From an uncultured Candidatus Rokubacteria bacterium (GTDB taxonomy: Bacteria; Methylomirabilota; Methylomirabilia; Rokubacteriales; CSP1-6), in contig CAVVEU010000014.1 in NCBI GenBank assembly GCA_963747235.1, positions 192,001 through 256,000 on the forward strand: a stretch of 64,000 bases of DNA, given 5' to 3'. Each line of letters begins with the position of its first letter. The stretch's first letter is position 1. Positions 60,785 through 64,000 of the stretch are shown here, one piece after another. A model generated the notes under the pieces. That model was not told the origin of the DNA and ran no database searches. It saw only the letters and a list, made by a program, of their open reading frames with translations. The position numbers and the translations under genes were made by a program.

Positions 60785-62534
60785 CGTCTGCGGCGAAGCT
60801 CCTCGGTGGCGCGCCCGTCGAGGACGGGCGGATCGGCGGCGGTCAGCGACCACGCCGTAGTCGCGCTCGGCGTCGGCGGCCGTGAAGTACCCGCGCGCCA
60901 CGTCGCGCGCGACCAGCGCGGGATCGCGCTGCCAGCGGATCGCCGTAGCCGCCGCCGCCCGGCGTGCGCACCGAGATGGCGTCGCCGGCCACCACGCGGA
61001 TGTCCTCGTCCTTCGACAGATGCGGCGAGACGTAGTCGCCGCCCTGGCGGGTCACGACCACCTCGTTGGGCGCGCCGTCGCGGCCGCCGAAGAGGCCGGG
61101 CGGCCCGAAGCGGCCGTGGTCCATGAGGAACGAGAGCAGGGCCTCGCCGCGGCGGATCCGGATCTTGTAGTCCACCCCGAAGCCGCCGCGCGTCTTCCCC
61201 GCCCCGCCCGAGCCCTCGCGGAGCGCGTAGCGCTCGAACAGGATCGGGTAGTGCTGCTCGAGCACCTCGGTGGGCTGCGTCTTGGAGATGCCGATGGTCG
61301 AGCAGCCGTTGGTGAGCCCGTCGCCGTCGGCGCTGCCCCCGTACCCGCCGCCGCTGAAGACGTACATGATGTAGTGCCGCTCCTTCAGCGGGTCGTAGCC
61401 GCCCGAGCGTGAGGTTGCCGCTGGTGCCGGCGGGGGCGGCGAAGAGGTCGTCGGGGATGGCCTGGGCCAGCGTCGTGAACACCGACTCCGCGATGCGCGA
61501 GCTCACCTCGGCGGCGCAGCCCGAGACCGGCCGCGGGTAGCGGGCGTAGAGGAAGGTCCCGTGCGGATCGGCGATGTGCAGCGGCTCGAAGCAGCCCGCG
61601 TTGATCGGCACGTCCGGGAAGACGTGCTTGATGGCCAGGTACACCGCGGCCTTGGTGGTGGCGATCACGCTGTTGAGCGGGCCGCGGCACGGCCCGCTCG
61701 ACTCCGAGAAGTCGAAGTGGAGATCCGTGCCCTCCTTCCGCAGCCGGAGCCGGATGGCCAGCGGGTCGGGGTCCACGCCGTCCGAGTCCACGAAGGCCTC
61801 GCCCGAGTAGGCGCCGTCCGGGATCTTGGCGATGTGCGCCCGCATCATCAGGTCCGAGCGCCGGCGCAGCTCGGCGATGCACGCGGTCACCGTCGCCGCG
61901 CCGTAGCGGTCGAGCAGCGCGGTGAGCCGCCTCTCGCCCACGGTGAGCGCGGCCACCTGGGCCTTGATGTCGCCGATGCGCTCCTCGGGCACCCGGATGT
62001 TGGCGAGGATGATGCTGAGGATGTCGGGCTGCATCACGCCTTCGCGGAAGAGCTTCACCGGGGGCAGCCGCAGGCCCTCCTGCTGGACCTCGGTGGCCCG
62101 CGTGGAGAAGCCGCCGGGCACCGAGCCGCCGGTGTCGGGCCAGTGGCCGGTGTTCGACAGGTAGGCCCAGAGCTCGCCCGCGGTAGAAGTAGGGCTTCAC
62201 CATCTTCACGTCCATCAGATGGGTGCCGCCGCAGTAGGGATCGTTGACGATGAAGATGTCGCCGGGCCTGAGCGGCTCCGCGGCGGCCTTCACGTGGTCG
62301 ATCACCGCGCGCGTCGTGAACTGCATGACGCCCACGAAGATGGGCAGCCCCAGCTCGCCCTGGGCGATGACCTCGCCGTTCTCGCGCGACGTAGATGCCG
62401 TCGGAGCGGTCGAAGCCCTCGGAGATGACCGGCGAGAAGGCGGCCCGCTCGAAGGTGAGGTCCATCTCGCTCGCCACCTGCTGCAGGCCGTTCTGCACGA
62501 CGACCAGCGTGACCGGATCGATCGCGTCCATCAT
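60781..62534 (-). CDS. Hydantoinase B/5-oxoprolinase subunit, several frameshifts
   Basis: DPVTL..EM..R.AFSP.I.E..D, NDPYCGGTHL.D, HWPD.GG, QEGLRLPP, TPGGGGYG. Confidence 0.88.
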
Positions 62535-62875
62535 CGGCCTCTCTCCCTCTCCCCCCCGGGGAGAGGGCGGGCACCGGGATGCTGCAGCCCGATCGCCCAG
62601 CCCCGCAGCGAGTCGCCCGACTCCATGAGGCCCGTGTTCTGGATCAGGATGATCGGCGTCTGGCCTGCAGTCGAGAGCCCGGAGGCGATCGAGAACGCCG
62701 AGCCCCTCCCGGCTGACCGGCACGAGCCGGAGCGACGGATCGGCCTGCATGAGCTGGTAGAGGAAGTTGGTCTCGCTGTCGGGGAGCCACACCACGTGGG
62801 TCACCCCGTTCTTCTTCATCTCGTCGAGCACGAGCTGCGGGCTGAGCTGCGCTCATCGCTGGGGGTCTGGGCCAT
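62531..62875 (-). pseudogene. Truncated ThDP-enzyme N-terminal (Pyr) domain, sulfopyruvate decarboxylase alpha (ComD)-like
   Basis: GVTHVVWLPDSE, VPVSREG, IQNTGLMESGDSLR, then runs into a REP hairpin. Confidence 0.7.
62545..62572 (-). repeat. Partial REP-like element at the truncation point
   Basis: CCCTCTCCCCCCCGGGGAGAGGGCGGG with no GTGAGGG tail. Confidence 0.75.
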
Positions 62876-62877
62876 GG

Positions 62878-64000
62878 TCAGCGGGTCTCCGGTGGCGCCG
62901 CGGCGTCGAGGCCGCGGACGGTGATCTCGAGGTTGCCGAGCGCATCCACGCGCACCCGGTCGCCCGGCTCGATCACGGTGGTGGAATCGAGCTGCTCGAC
63001 GATGGCCGGGCCCGACGAGCTCCGCGCCGACGCCGAGCTGCTCGCGCCGGTACACCGGCGTGTCGCGCCACTCGCCGTCGAACCAGGCGCGCCGGCGGCC
63101 GGCCGGGACCGCGCCGCCCGCGGGCGCCCGCTCGAGCGCGATGAGGCCCTCGAGCGACACCGGGCGGCGCCGGCCGATCACCGCGGTGCGCAGGCTCACG
63201 ACCTGGGCGCGCATCTCGCGCAGCTCCACCTCGAAGCGCTCCCAGTACGCGCGTCTCGAAGGCGCGCATCAGGTCCTCGCGCGCGAAGTCGGCCCGCGCG
63301 ACGGGCACGGTCAGCACGTGGGTCTGCCCGACGAACTGCATGTCCGCCTCGTGCTGGACGCTGACCGTCTCGACCTCCACGCCCTTCGGAGGCGAGCATG
63401 CGGCGCCCCTCGTCCACCTGGGCGGCCAGGATGCGATGCGCCTCGGCCAGGTCCAGGCGCAGCACGCCCTGGTTGACCGTCTTCACGAAGTCGTGGCGCA
63501 CGTCGGCCACCAGGCAGCCGAGCGCCGAGGTGATCCCGGGCCGGGCCGGCACCAGCACCCGCGGGATCGCCAGCTCGCGGGCCAGGGCGACGGCGTGCAG
63601 CGGGCCGGCGCCGCCGAAGGCGAAGAGGACGAAGTCGCGCGGGTCGTGGCCGCGCTGGAGCGACACCAGGCGGATGGCGCCCGCCATCTTGTCGTTGGCC
63701 ACCCGCACGATCGCGCTGGCCACCTCGTCCGGGCCCAGGCCCAGATGCGCGCCGATCTTCTTGTCGAAGATCTCGCGGATGCGATCGAGCTGCGCGGCCC
63801 GATCGACGCCCAGCAGCCCGGCCGGGTTGAGACGGCCGAGCAGCAGGTTGGCGTCGGTGATGGTGGGCTCCTCGCCGCCGCGCCCGTAGCAGATCGGACC
63901 CGGGATCGGCGCCGGCGCTCTCGGGCCCGACCTGCAGGATGCCGGCCGAGTTCACGCGGGCGATGGAGCCGCCGCCGGCGCCGATGGTGTGGATGTCGAT
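62878..64000 (-). CDS. Hydantoinase A/5-oxoprolinase subunit, 5' part outside the window, frameshifted
   Basis: IHTIGAGGGS, VGPESAGADPG, RGHDPRDF..FGGAGPLHA, C-terminal DALGNL. Confidence 0.88.

Noticed and set aside
1-64000. Programmed ribosomal frameshifting as the explanation for split genes
   Set aside because: Shifts are scattered through unrelated enzymes with no slippery heptamers; sequencing indels are far more parsimonious

Overview
Very GC-rich bacterial chromosomal segment. The gene content and repeat family suggest Ca. Rokubacteria/Methylomirabilota, but this is inference only. About 65 genes, mostly catabolic or redox enzymes: three orphan xanthine-dehydrogenase/CoxL-type Mo subunits, four luciferase-like oxidoreductases, LigAB, Rieske, TauD, PhyH, SDRs, PutA, a tandem CoA-transferase III and hydantoinase A/B. 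It also holds transporters (TctABC, a Dpp-type ABC, MFS, DMT), signalling genes and RNase P RNA (rnpB). Many genes carry single-base frameshifts, most likely uncorrected long-read errors. Main hidden signals: (1) a 549-aa selenoprotein at 28750-30399 that the ORF track splits at an in-frame TGA, with a GH-U-STC redox motif and a bacterial SECIS-like hairpin directly behind it, apparently a UGSC-type Sec domain fused to its usually separate partner; (2) a ~270-nt rod-shaped, 6S-like structured RNA at 44237-44507 interrupted by a REP palindrome; (3) about 16 copies of a CCCTCACCC..CCCTCTCCC[13 protein letters not shown] REP element, several with tandemly amplified tails and one at the truncation point of a gene; (4) about six sigma54-type promoters, most preceded by a shared TTTT(C)TACCGG motif. 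No tRNA, rRNA, CRISPR array or transposase was seen.
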